Assembly (NCBI RefSeq): GCF_009914755.1
Contig: NC_060933.1
Origin: the human T2T-CHM13v2.0 reference genome, Homo sapiens
DNA: 64,000 nucleotides
Direction: 5' to 3' (one strand)
Both the position numbers and the translations under genes were made by a program. This document shows, one piece after another, positions 42,601 through 56,500 of the stretch; the first letter of the stretch is position 1; every line of letters starts with the position of its first letter. The notes below the pieces were generated by a model. The model was given only the letters and a program-made list of their open reading frames with translations, made no database searches and had not been told where the DNA came from.

Positions 42601-45600
42601 GAATCAACCCGAGTACAGGGGAATGGAATGGAATGGAATGCAATGGAATGGAATCATCCGTAATGGAATGGAAAGGAATGGAATGGAATGGAATGGAATG
42701 GAATGGAATGGAATGGAATGGAATCAACTCGATTGCAATCGAATGGAATGGAATGGAATTAACCCGAATAGAATGGAATGGAATGGAATGGAACGGAACG
42801 GAATGGAATGGAATGGAATGGAAAGGAATGGAACGGAACGGAACGGAATGGATGGAATGGAATGGAATGGAATGGAATGGAATCAAAGCGAGTGCAAGGG
42901 AATGGAATGGAATGGAATGCAATGGAATGGAATCTTCCGGAATGGAATGGAATGGAATGGAATGGAATGAAATGCAATGGATTCAACTCGATTGCAATGG
43001 AATGGAATAGAATGGAATGGAATGGAATGGAACGGAATGGAATTAACCCGAATAGAATGGAATGGAATGGAATGGAACGGAATGGAACGGAATGGAATGG
43101 AATGGAATGGAATGGAATGGTATGGAATGGAATGGAATGGTACGGAATAGAATGGAATGGAACGAATTGTAATGGAATGGAATTGAATGGAATGGAATGG
43201 AATGGAATGGAATCAACGCGAGTGCAGGGGAATGTAATGGAACGGAATGCAATGGAAAGGAATCATCCGGAATGGAATGGAATGGAATGGAATGGAATGG
43301 AATGGAATCAACCCGAGTGCAATGGAATGGAGTGGAATGGAATGGAATGGAATGGAACAACCCGAATGGAATGGAATGTAATGGAGAGTAAGGGAGTTGA
43401 ATATAATCAATCCGAATGTAATGGAATTGGATGCAACGGAATGGAAAGGAATGGAATGGAATGTAATGGAATGCAATGGAATGGAGTCAACACGAGTACA
43501 ATGGAATGGAATGGAATGGAAACATCCCGAATGGAATGGAATGTAATGGAGAGTAGGGGAGTTGAATAGAATCAACCTGAATGTAATGGAATGGAATGGA
43601 ACGTAATTGAATGGAATGGAATGGAATGCAATGGAATGGAATCAACCCGAGTACAATGGAATAGAATGGAATGGATTGGAATGGAATGGAATGGAGTGGA
43701 ATGGAATGGAATGGAATGGAATCAACCCGAGTGCAATGGAATGCAGAGGAATGGAATGGAATGGAATGGAAACTACCCGAATGGGATGGAATGTAATGAA
43801 GTGTAAGGGAATTGAATAGAATCAATCCGAAAGTAATGGAATGGAATGGAACGGAATGGAATGGAATGGAATGGAATGGAATGGAATGGAATGGAATGCA
43901 ATGGAATGGAATCAACCCGAGTGCAATCGAATGGAATCGAATTGAATGGAATGCAATGGAATGGATTCAACTTGAATGGAATGGAAAGAATGGAATCAAC
44001 ACGTGTGGAATGGCATGGATTGGAATGGAATGGAATGGAATCAACTCGAGTACAGGAGAATGGAATGGAATGGAATGCAATGGAATGGAATCATCAGTAA
44101 TGGAATGGAAAGGAATGGAAAGGACTGGAATGGAAAGGAATGGAATGGAATGGAATGGAATGGAATGAACTCGATTGCAATCGAATGGAATGGAATGGAA
44201 TTAACCCGAATAGAATGGAATGGAATGGAATGGAACGGAACGGAAAGGAATGGAATGGAATGGAATCGAACGGAACGGAACGGAACGGAACGGAACGGAA
44301 TGGAATGGAATGGAATGGAATGGAATGGAATCAACGCGAGTGCAGGGGAATGGAATGGAATGGAATGCAATGGAATGGAATCTTCCGGAATGGAATGGAA
44401 TGGAATGGAATGGAATGGAATGGAATGGAATAAACCCGAGTGCAATGGAATGGAGTGGAATGGAATGGAATGGAATGGAACAACCCGAATGGAATGGAAT
44501 GTAATGGAGAGTAAGGGAGTTGAATAGAATCAATCCGAATGTAATTGAATGGAATGGAACGGAATGGAGTTGAATGGAATGGAATGGAATGCAATGGAAT
44601 GGAATCAACCCGAGTTCAATGGAATGGAGAGGAATGGAATGGAATGGAATGGAAACTACCCGAATGGAATGGAATGTAATGGAGTGTAAGGGAATTGAAC
44701 AGAATCAATCCGAATGTAATGGAATGGAATGGAACGGAATGGAATGGAATGGAATGGAATGGAATGGAATGGAATGCAATGGAATGGAATCAACCCGAGT
44801 GCAATCGAAAGGAATCGAATGGAATGGAATGCCATGGAATGGATTCAACTTGAATGGAATGGAAAGAATGGAATCAACACGAGTGGAATGGCATGGATTG
44901 GAATGGAATGGAATGGAATCAACCCGAGTGCAGGGGAATGGAATGGAATGGAATGCAATGGAATGGAATCATCCGGAATGGAATGGAATGGAATGGAATG
45001 CAAAGCAATGGAATCAACTCGATTGCAATGGAATGGAATGGAAAGGAAAGGAATACATTGGAATCAACCCGAGTGGAATGGAATGGAAAGGACAGGAATG
45101 GAGTGGAATGGAATGGAATGGAATGGAATGGAATCAACTCGATTGGAATGGAATGGAATGGAATGGAATGGAATGGAATGGAATTAACCCGAATAGAATG
45201 GAATGGAATGGAATGGAACGGAACGGAATGGAATGGAATGGAATGGAATGGAATGGAATGAAAACAACCCGACTGCAGGGGAATGGAATGGAATGGAATG
45301 CAATGGAATGGATTCAACTTGAATGGAATGGAAAGAATGGAATCAACACGAGTGGAATGGCATGGATTGGAATGGAATGGAATGGAATCAACCCGAGTAC
45401 AGGGGAATGGAATGGAATGGAATGCAATGGAATGGAATCATCCGTAATGGAATGGAAAGGAATGGAATGGAATGGAATGGAATGGAATGGAATCAACTCG
45501 ATTGCAATCGAATGGAATGGAATGGAATTAACCCGAATAGAATGGAATGGAATGGAATGGAATGGAACGGAATGGAACGGAATGGAATGGATTGGAATGG

Positions 45601-46280
45601 AATGGAATGGAATGGAACGGAAAGGAATGGAATGGAATGGAATGGAATGGAATGGAATGGATTGGAATGGAATGGAATCAACGCGAGTGCAGGGGAATGG
45701 AATGGAATGGCATGCAATGGAATGGAATCTTCCGGAATGGAATGGAATGGAATGGAATAGAATGGAATGGAATGGAATGGAATGGAATAAACCCGAGTGC
45801 AATGGAATGGAGTGGAATGGAATGGAATGGAATGGAACAACCCGAATGGAATGGAATGGAATGGAGAGTAAGGGAGTTGAATAGAATCCATCCGAATGTA
45901 ATGGAATGGAATGGAACGGAATGGAATTGAATGGAATGGAATGGAATGCAATGGAATGGAATCAACCCGAGTTCAATGGAATGGAGAGGAATGGAATGGA
46001 ATGGAATGGAAACTACCCGAATTGAATAGAATGTAATGGAGTGTAAGGGAATTGAATAGAATCAATCCGAATGTAATGGAATGGAATGGAACGGAATGGA
46101 ATGGAACGGAATGGAATGGAATGGAATGGAATGGAATGGAATGGAATGCAATGGAATGGAATCAACCCGAGTGCAATCGAATGGATTCGAATGGAATGGA
46201 ATGCAATGGAATGGATTCAACTTGAATGGAATGGAAAGAATGGAATCAACACGAGTGGAATGGCATGGATTGGAAAGGAA

Positions 46281-49200
46281 TGGAATGGAATGAACCCGAG
46301 TACAGGGGAATGGAATGGAATGGAATGCAATGGAATCAACCCGAGTGCAATGGAATGGAGTGGAATGGAATGGAATGGAATGGAACAACCCGAATGGAAT
46401 GGAATGTAATGGAGAGTAAGGGAGTTGAAAAGAATCAATCCGAATGTAATGGAATGGAATGGAACGGAATGGAATGGAATGGAATGGATTGGAATGGAAT
46501 GGAATGCAATGGAATGGAATCAACCCGAGTAAAATGGAATGGAATGGAATGGAATGGAATGGAATGGAATGGAATGGAATGGAATGGAATGCAATGGAAT
46601 GGAATCTTCCGGAATGGAATGGAATGGAATGCAATGGATTCAAGTCGATTGCAATGGAATGGAATAGAATGGACTGGAATGGAATGGAATGGAATGGAAT
46701 GGAATTAAACCGAATAGAATGGAATGGAATGGAATGGAACGGAACAGAACGGAACGGAACGGAGTGGAATCGAATGGAATGGAATTGTATGGAATGGAAT
46801 GGAATGGTACGGAATAGAATGTAATGGAAAGAATTGGAATGGAATGGAATGGAATGGAATGGAATGGAATGGAATGGAATCAACCCGAGTGCAGGGGAAT
46901 GTAATGGAACGGAATGCAATGGAATGGAATCATCCGGAATGGAATGGAATGGAATGGAATGGAAGGGAATGGAATGGAATCAACCCGAACGCAGTGGAAT
47001 GGAGTGGAATGGAATGGAATGGAATGGAACAACCAGAATGGAATGGAATGTAATGGAGAGTAAGGGAGTTGAATAGAATCAATCCGAATGTAAGGGAATG
47101 GAACGGAATGGAATGGAATGGAAAGGAATGGAATGGAATGGAATGCAATGGAATGGAATCAACCCGAGTGCAATGGAACGGAATGGAATGGAATGTAATG
47201 AAATGTAATGTAATGGAATGGAATGGAATGGAATCAACCCGAGTGCAATGGAATGGAGAGGAATGGAATGGAATGGAATGGAAACTACCCGAATGGAATG
47301 GAGTGGAATGGAGTGTAAGGGAATTGAATAGAATCAATCCGAATGGAATGGAATGGAATGGAAAGGAATGTAATGTAATGGAATGGAATGGAATCAACCC
47401 GAGTGCAGGGGAATGGAATGGAATGGAATGCAATGGAATGGAGTCATCCGGAATGGAATGGAATGGAATGCAATGGAATGGAATGGAATGGAATCAACCC
47501 GAGTGCAATGGAATGGAGTGAAATGGAATGGAATGGAATAGAGACAACCAGAATGGATTGGAATATAATGGAGTGTAAGGGAATTGAATAGAATCAATCT
47601 GAATGTAATGAAAGGGAATGGAACGGAATGGAATGGAATGGAATGGAATGGAATGCAATGGAATGGAATCAAAACGAGTGCAATCGAATGGAATCGAATG
47701 GAATGGAACGCAATGGAATGGATTCAACTTGAATGGAATGGAAAGAATGGAATCAACACGAGTGGAATGGCATGGATTGGAATGGAATAGAATGGAATCA
47801 ACCCGAGTATAAGGGAATGGAATGGAATGGAATGCAATGGAATGGAATCATCCGTAATGGAATGGAAAGGAATGGAATGGAATGGAATGGAATGGAATGG
47901 AATGGAATGGAATCAACACGATTGCAATCGAATGGAATGGAATGGAATTAACCCGAATAGAATGGAATGGAATGGAATGGAACGGAACGGAATGGAATGG
48001 AATGGAATGGAATGGAATGGAATGCAACGGAAAGGAAGGGAATGGAATGGAATAGAATGGAATGGAATGGAATCAACGCGAGTGCAGGGGAATGGAATGG
48101 AATGGAATGCAATGGAATGGAATCTTCCGGAATGGAATGGAATGGAATGGAATGGAATGGAATGGAATCAACCCGAGTGCAATGGAATGGAGTGGAATGG
48201 AATGGAATGGAATGGAACAACCCGAATGGAATGGAATGTAATGGAGAGTAAGGGAGTTGAATAGAATCAATCAGAATGTAATGGAATGGAATGAAATGGA
48301 ATGGAATTGAATGGAATGGAATGGAATGCAATGGAATGGAATCAACCCGAGTGCAATGGAATGGAGAGGAATGGAATGCAATGGAATGGAAACTACCCAA
48401 ATGGAATGGAATGTAATGGAGTGTAAGGGAATTGAATAGAATCAATCCGAATGTAATGGAATGGTATGGAACGGAATGGAACGGAATGGAATGGAATGGA
48501 ATGGAATGGAATGGAATGGAATGGAATGCAATGGAATGGAATCAACCCGAGTGCAATCGAATGGAATCGAATGGAATGGAATGCAATGGAATGGATTCAA
48601 CTTGAATGGAATGGAAAGAATGGAATCAACACGAGTGGAATGGCATGGATTGGAATGGAATGGAATGGAATCAACCCGAGTACAGGGGAATGGAATGGAA
48701 TGGAATGCAATGGAATGGAATCATCCGTAAAGGAATGGAAAGGAATGGAATGGAATGGAATGGAATGGAATGGAATGGAATGGAATCAACTCGATTGCAA
48801 TCGAATGGAATGGAATGGAATTAACCCGTATAGAATGGAATGGTACGGAACGGAATGGAATGGAATGGAATGGAATGGAATTGAATGGAATGGAATGGAA
48901 CGGAATCAACGCGACTGCAGGGGAATGGAATGGAATGGAATGCAATGGAATGGAATCTTCCGGAATGGAATGGAATGGAATGGAATGGAATGAAATGCAA
49001 TGGATTCAACTCGATTGCAATGGAATGGAATAGAATGGATTGGAATGGAATGGAATGGAATTAATTCGAATAGAATGGAATGGAATGGAATGGAACGGAA
49101 TGGAACGGAATGGAATGGAATGGAATGGAATGGAATGGTACGGAATGCAATGGAATGGTACGGAATAGAATGGAATGGAAAGAATTGTAATGGAATGGAA

Positions 49201-52200
49201 TTGAATGGAATGGAATGGAATGGAATGGAATCAACGCGAGTGCAGGGGAATGTAATGGAACGGAATGCAATGGAATGGAATCATCCGGAATGGAATGGAA
49301 TGGAATGGAATGGAATGGAATGGAATGGAGTGGAATCAACCCGAGAGCAATGGAATGGAGTGGAATGGAATGGAATGGAATGGAACAACCCGAATGGAAT
49401 GGAATGTAATGGAGAGTAAGGGAGTTGAAAAGAATCAATCCGAATGTAATGGAATGGAATGCAACGGAATGGAATGGAATGGAATGCAATGGAATTGAAT
49501 CAACCCGAGTACAATGGAATGGAATGGAATGGAATGGAATGGAATGGAATGGAATGGATTGGAATGGAATGATACGGAATAGAATGGAATGGAACGAAAT
49601 GGAATGGAATGGAATGGAATGGAATGGAATGGAATGGAATGAAATGGAATGGAATGGAATGGAATGAAATGGAATGGAATGGAATGGAATCGTTCCGCGT
49701 GGAATAGGAGGGAATGTATTCGAGTGGAATGGAAAGGAATGGTATCAACCAGAGTGGAATGGAAGGGAATGGAATGGAATGGAAACTAATAGAATGGAAT
49801 CAACCCGAGTGCAATGGAATGGAAAGGACTGGAATGGAATGGAATGGAATGGAATCAACTCGATTGTAATGGAATGGAATGGCATGGAATGGAATGGAAT
49901 TAACCCGAATACAATGGAATGGGATGGAATGGAACGGAATGGAGTGGAATGGAATGGAATCAACCCGAGTGCAGGAGAATGGAATGGAATGGAATGCAAT
50001 GGAATGGAATCATCCGGAATGGAATGGAATGGAATGGAATGCAAAGCAATGGAATCAACTCGATTGCAATGGAATGGAATGGAATGGAAAGGAATACATT
50101 GGAATCAACCCGAGTGGAATGGAATGGAAAGGACTGGAATGGAGTGGAATGGAATGGAATGGAATGGAATGGAATCAACTCGATTGGAATGGAATGGAAT
50201 GGAATGGAATGGAATGGAATTAACCCCAATAGAATGGAATGGAATGGAATGGAACGGAACGGAATGGAATGGAATGGAATGGAATGGAATGGAATAAACC
50301 CGAGTGCAATGGAATGGAGTGGAATGGAATGGAATGGAATGGAACAACCCGAATGGAATGGAATGTAATGGAGAGTAAGGGAGTTGAATAGAATCAATCC
50401 GAATGTAATGGAATGGAATGGAACGGAATGGAATTGAATGGAATGGAATGGAATGGAATCAACCCGAGTGCAATGGAATGGAGAGGAATGGAATGGAATG
50501 GAATGGAAACTACCCGAATGGAATGGAATGTAATGGAGTGTAAGGGAATTGAATAGAATCAATCCGAATGTAATGGAATGGAATGGAACGGAATGGAATG
50601 GAATGGAATGGAATGGAATGGAATGGAATGGAATGCAATGGAATGGAATCAACCCGAGTGCAATCGAATGGAATCGAATGGAATGGAATGCAATGGAATG
50701 GATTCAACTTGAATGGAATGGAAAGAATGGAATCAACACGAGTGGAATGGCATGGATTGGAATGGAATGGAATGGAATCAACCCGAGTACAGGGGAATGG
50801 AATGGAATGGAATGCAATGGAATGGAATCATCCGTAATGGAATGGAAAGGAATGGAATGGAATGGAATGGAATGGAATGGAATGGAATGGAATGGAATCA
50901 ACTCGATTGCAATCGAATGGAATGGAATGGAATTAACCCGAATAGAATGGAATGGAATGGAATGGAACGCAACGGAATGGAATGGAATGGAACGGAATGG
51001 AATGGAACGGAACGGAACGGAATGGATGGAATGGAATGGAATGGAATGGAATGGAATCAACGCGAGTGCAGGGGAATGGAATGGAATGGAATGCAATGGA
51101 ATGGAATCTTCCGGAATGGAATGGAATGGAATGGAATGGAATGGAATGGAATGAAATGCAATGGATTCAACTCGATTGCAATGGAATGGAATAGAATGGA
51201 ATGGAATGGAATGGAATGGAATGGAATTAACCCGAATAGAATGGAATGGAATGGAATGGAACGGAATGGAACGGAATGCAATGGAATGGAATGGAATGGA
51301 ATGGTATGGAATGGAATGGAATGGTACGGAATAGAATGGAATGGAACGAATTGTAATGGAATGGAATTGAATGGAATGAAATGGAATGGAATGGAATGGA
51401 ATGGAATCAACGCGAGTGCAGGGGAATGTAATGGAACGAAATGCAATGGAATGGAATCATGCGGAATGGAATGGAATGGAATGGAATGGAATGGAATGGA
51501 ATCAACCCGAGTGCAATGGAATGGAGTGGAATGGAATGGAATGGAATGGAACAACCCGAATGGAATGGAATGTAATGGAGAGTAAGGGAGTTGAATAGAA
51601 TCAATCCGAATGTAATGGAATGGAATTCAATGGAATGGAAAGGAATGGAATGGAATGGAATGGAATGGAATGGAATGGAATGGAATGCCTTCAAACCGAA
51701 TGTAATGGAAAGGAATGGAATCAACACGAGTGGAATGGAATGGAATGGAATGGAATCGAATGGAATGGAATGATATGGAATAGAATGGAATGGAACGAAA
51801 TGGAATGGAACGAAATGGAATGGAATGGAATGGAATGGAATGGAATGGAATGGAATGATACGGAATAGAATGGAATGGAACGAAATGGAGTGGAATGGAA
51901 TGGAATGGAATGAAATGGAATGGAATGGAATCGTTCCTAGTGGAATAGGAGGGAATGTATTCGAGTGGAATGGAAAGGAATGGTATCAACCAGAGTGGAA
52001 TGGAAGGGAATGGAATGGAATGGAAACTAATAGAATGGAATCAACCCGAGTGGAATGGAATGGAAAGGACTGGAATGGAATGGAATGGAATGGAATCAAC
52101 TCGATTGTAATGGAATGGAATGGAATGGAATGGAATGGAATGGAATGGAATTAACCCGAATACAATGGAATGGAATGGAATGGAATGGAATGGAGTGGAA

Positions 52201-53510
52201 TGGAATGGAATCAACCCGAGTGCAGGGTAATGGAATGGAATGGAATGCAATGGAATGGAATCATCCGGAATGGAATGGAATGGAATGGAATGCAAAGCAA
52301 TGGAATCAACTCGATTGCAATGGAATGGAATGGAATGGAAAGGAATACATTGGAATCAACCCGAGTGGAATGGAATGGAAAGGACTGGAATGGAGTGGAA
52401 TGGAATGGAATGGAATGGAATGGAAACAACTCGATTGGAATGGAATGGAATGGAATGGAATGGAATTAACCCGAATAGAATGGAATTGAATGGAATGGAA
52501 AGGAACGGAATGGAATGGAATGGAATGGAATGGAATGGAATGGAATCAACCCGACTGCAGGGGAATGGAATGGAATGGAATGCAATGGAATGGATTCAAC
52601 TTCAATGGAATGGAAAGAATGGAATCAACACGAGTGGAATGGCATGGATTGGAATGGAATGGAATGGAATTAACCCGAGTACAAGGGAATGGAATGGAAT
52701 GGAATGCAATGGAATGGAATCATCCGTAATGGAATGGAAAGGAATGGAATGGAATGGAATGGAATGGAATAGAATGGAATGGAATCAACTCGATTGCAAT
52801 CGAATGGAATGGAATGGAATTAACCCGAATAAAATGGAATGGAATCGAATGGAACGGAACGGAACGGAATGGAATGGATTGGAATGGAATGGAATGGAAT
52901 GGAACGGAATGGAATGGAATGGAATGGAATGGAATGGAATGGAATCAACGCGAGTGCAGGGGAATGGAATGGAATGGAATGCAATGGAATGGAATCTTCC
53001 GGAATGGAATGGAATGGAATGGAATGGAATAAACCCGAGTACAATGGAATGGAGAGGAATGGAATGGAATGGAATGGAACAACCCGAATGGAATGGAATG
53101 TAATGGAGAGTAAGGGAGTTGAATAGAATCAATCCGAATGTAATGGAATGGAATGGAACGGAATGGAATTGAATGGAATGGAATGGAATGCAATGGAATG
53201 GAATCAACCCGAGAGCAATGGAATGGAGAGGAATGGAATGGAATGGAATGGAAACTACCCGAATGGAATGGAATGTAATGGAGGGTAAGGGAATTGAATA
53301 GAATCAATCTGAATCTAATGGAATGGAATGGAACGGAATGGAATGGAATGGAATGGAATGGAATGGAATGGAATGCAATGGAATGGAATGAACCCGAGTG
53401 CAATCGAATGGAATCGAATGCAATGGAATGCAATGGAATGGATTCAACTTGAATGGAATGGAAAGAATGGAATCAACACGAGTGGAATGGCATGGATTGG
53501 AATGGAATGG
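46281..53510 (+). repeat. ~7.2-kb higher-order unit, copy A3
   Basis: Same ordered marker set. Shares CGTTCCGCGT and other substitutions with A1. Confidence 0.9.
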
Positions 53511-56500
53511 AATGGAATGAACCCGAGTACAGGGGAATGGAATGGAATGGAATGCAATGGAATCAACCCGAGTGCAATGGAATGGAGTGGAATGGAATGG
53601 AATGGAATGGAACAACCCGAATGGAATGGAATGTAATGGAGAGTAAGGGAGTTGAAAAGAATCAATCCGAATGTAATGGAATGGAATGGAACGGAATGGA
53701 ATGGAATGGAATGGATTGGAATGGAATGGAATGCAATGGAATGGAATCAACCCGAGTAAAATGGAATGGAATGGAATGGAATGGAATGGAATGGAATGGA
53801 ATGGAATGGAATGCAATGGAATGGAATCTTCCGGAATGGAATGGAATGGAATGCAATGGATTCAAGTCGATTGCAATGGAATGGAATAGAATGGACTGGA
53901 ATGGAATGGAATGGAATGGAATGGAATTAAACCGAATAGAATGGAATGGAATGGAATGGAACGGAACAGAACGGAACGGAACGGAGTGGAATGGAATGGA
54001 ATGGAATTGTATGGAATGGAATGGAATGGTACGGAATAGAATGTAATGGAAAGAATTGGAATGGAATGGAATGGAATGGAATGGAATGGAATGGAATGGA
54101 ATGGAATGGAATCAACCCGAGTGCAGGGGAATGTAATGGAACGGAATGCAATGGAATGGAATCATCCGGAATGGAATGGAATGGAATGGAATGGAAGGGA
54201 ATGGAATGGAATCAACCCGAACGCAGTGGAATGGAGTGGAATGGAATGGAATGGAATGGAACAACCAGAATGGAATGGAATGTAATGGAGAGTAAGGGAG
54301 TTGAATAGAATCAATCCGAATGTAAGGGAATGGAACGGAATGGAATGGAATGGAAAGGAATGGAATGGAATGGAATGCAATGGAATGGAATCAACCCGAG
54401 TACAATGGAACGGAATGGAATGGAATGTAATGAAATGTAATGTAATGGAATGGAATGGAATGGAATCAACCCGAGTGCAATGGAATGGAGAGGAATGGAA
54501 TGGAATGGAATGGAAACTACCCGAATGGAATGGAATGGAATGGAGTGTAAGGGAATTGAATAGAATCAATCCGAATGGAATGGAATGGAATGGAAAGGAA
54601 TGTAATGTAATGGAATGGAATGGAATCAACCCGAGTGCAGGGGAATGGAATGGAATGGAATGCAATGGAATGGAGTCATCCGGAATGGAATGGAATGGAA
54701 TGCAATGGAATGGAATGGAATGGAATCAACCCGAGTGCAATGGAATGGAGTGAAATGGAATGGAATGGAATAGAGACAACCAGAATGGATTGGAATATAA
54801 TGGAGTGTAAGGGAATTGAATAGAATCAATCTGAATGTAATGAAAGGGAATGGAACGGAATGGAATGGAATGGAATGGAATGGAATGCAATGGAATGGAA
54901 TCAAAACGAGTGCAATCGAATGGAATCGAATGGAATGGAATGCAATGGAATGGATTCAACTTGAATGGAATGGAAAGAATGGAATCAACACGAGTGGAAT
55001 GGCATGGATTGGAATGGAATAGAATGGAATCAACCCGAGTATAAGGGAATGGAATGGAATGGAATGCAATGGAATGGAATCATCCGTAATGGAATGGAAA
55101 GGAATGGAATGGAATGGAATGGAATGGAATGGAATGGAATGGAATCAACACGATTGCAATCGAATGGAATGGAATGGAATTAACCCGAATAGAATGGAAT
55201 GGAATGGAATGGAACGGAACGGAATGGAATGGAATGGAATGGAATGGAATGGAATGCAACGGAAAGGAAGGGAATGGAATGGAATAGAATGGAATGGAAT
55301 GGAATCAACGCGAGTGCAGGGGAATGGAATGGAATGGAATGCAATGGAATGGAATCTTCCGGAATGGAATGGAATGGAATGGAATGGAATGGAATGGAAT
55401 GGAATCAACCCGAGTGCAATGGAATGGAGTGGAATGGAATGGAATGGAATGGAACAACCCGAATGGAATGGAATGTAATGGAGAGTAAGGGAGTTGAATA
55501 GAATCAATCAGAATGTAATGGAATGGAATGAAACGGAATGGAATTGAATGGAATGGAATGGAATGCAATGGAATGGAATCAACCCGAGTGCAATGGAATG
55601 GAGAGGAATGGAATGCAATGGAATGGAAACTACCCAAATGGAATGGAATGTAATGGAGTGTAAGGGAATTGAATAGAATCAATCCGAATGTAATGGAATG
55701 GTATGGAACGGAATGGAACAGAATGGAATGGAATGGAATGGAATGGAATGGAATGGAATGCAATGGAATGGAATCAACCCGAGTGCAATCGAATGGAATC
55801 GAATGGAATGGAATGCAATGGAATGGATTCAACTTGAATGGAATGGAAAGAATGGAATCAACACGAGTGGAATGGCATGGATTGGAATGGAATGGAATGG
55901 AATCAACCCGAGTACAGGGGAATGGAATGGAATGGAATGCAATGGAATGGAATCATCCGTAAAGGAATGGAAAGGAATGGAATGGAATGGAATGGAATGG
56001 AATGGAATGGAATGGAATGGAATCAACTCGATTGCAATCGAATGGAATGGAATGGAATTAACCCGTATAGAATGGAATGGTACGGAACGGAATGGAATGG
56101 AATGGAATGGAATGGAATTGAATGGAATGGAATGGAACGGAATCAACGCGACTGCAGGGGAATGGAATGGAATGGAATGCAATGGAATGGAATCTTCCGG
56201 AATGGAATGGAATGGAATGGAATGGAATGAAATGCAATGGATTCAACTCGATTGCAATGGAATGGAATAGAATGGATTGGAATGGAATGGAATGGAATTA
56301 ATTCGAATAGAATGGAATGGAATGGAATGGAACGGAATGGAACGGAATGGAATGGAATGGAATGGAATGGAATGGTATGGAATGCAATGGAATGGTACGG
56401 AATAGAATGGAATGGAAAGAATTGTAATGGAATGGAATTGAATGGAATGGAATGGAATGGAATGGAATCAACGCGAGTGCAGGGGAATGTAATGGAACGG

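Larger units (their letters stand above)
25265..43505 (+). repeat. Unit 1 of an ~18.2-kb tandem duplication (head ~2.8 kb + two ~7.3-kb copies + tail ~0.9 kb)
   Basis: GAGTAGGGGAGTTGAATAGAATCAACCTG occurs at ~25310 and ~43551. CAACACGTGT, CATCAGTAAT, GGACAGG, GAAAACAACC and GAATCCATCC each occur twice about 18.2 kb apart. CAAGTCGATT is at 28415/46641 and CGTTCCGCGT at 31465/49691 (both +18226). Confidence 0.92.
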
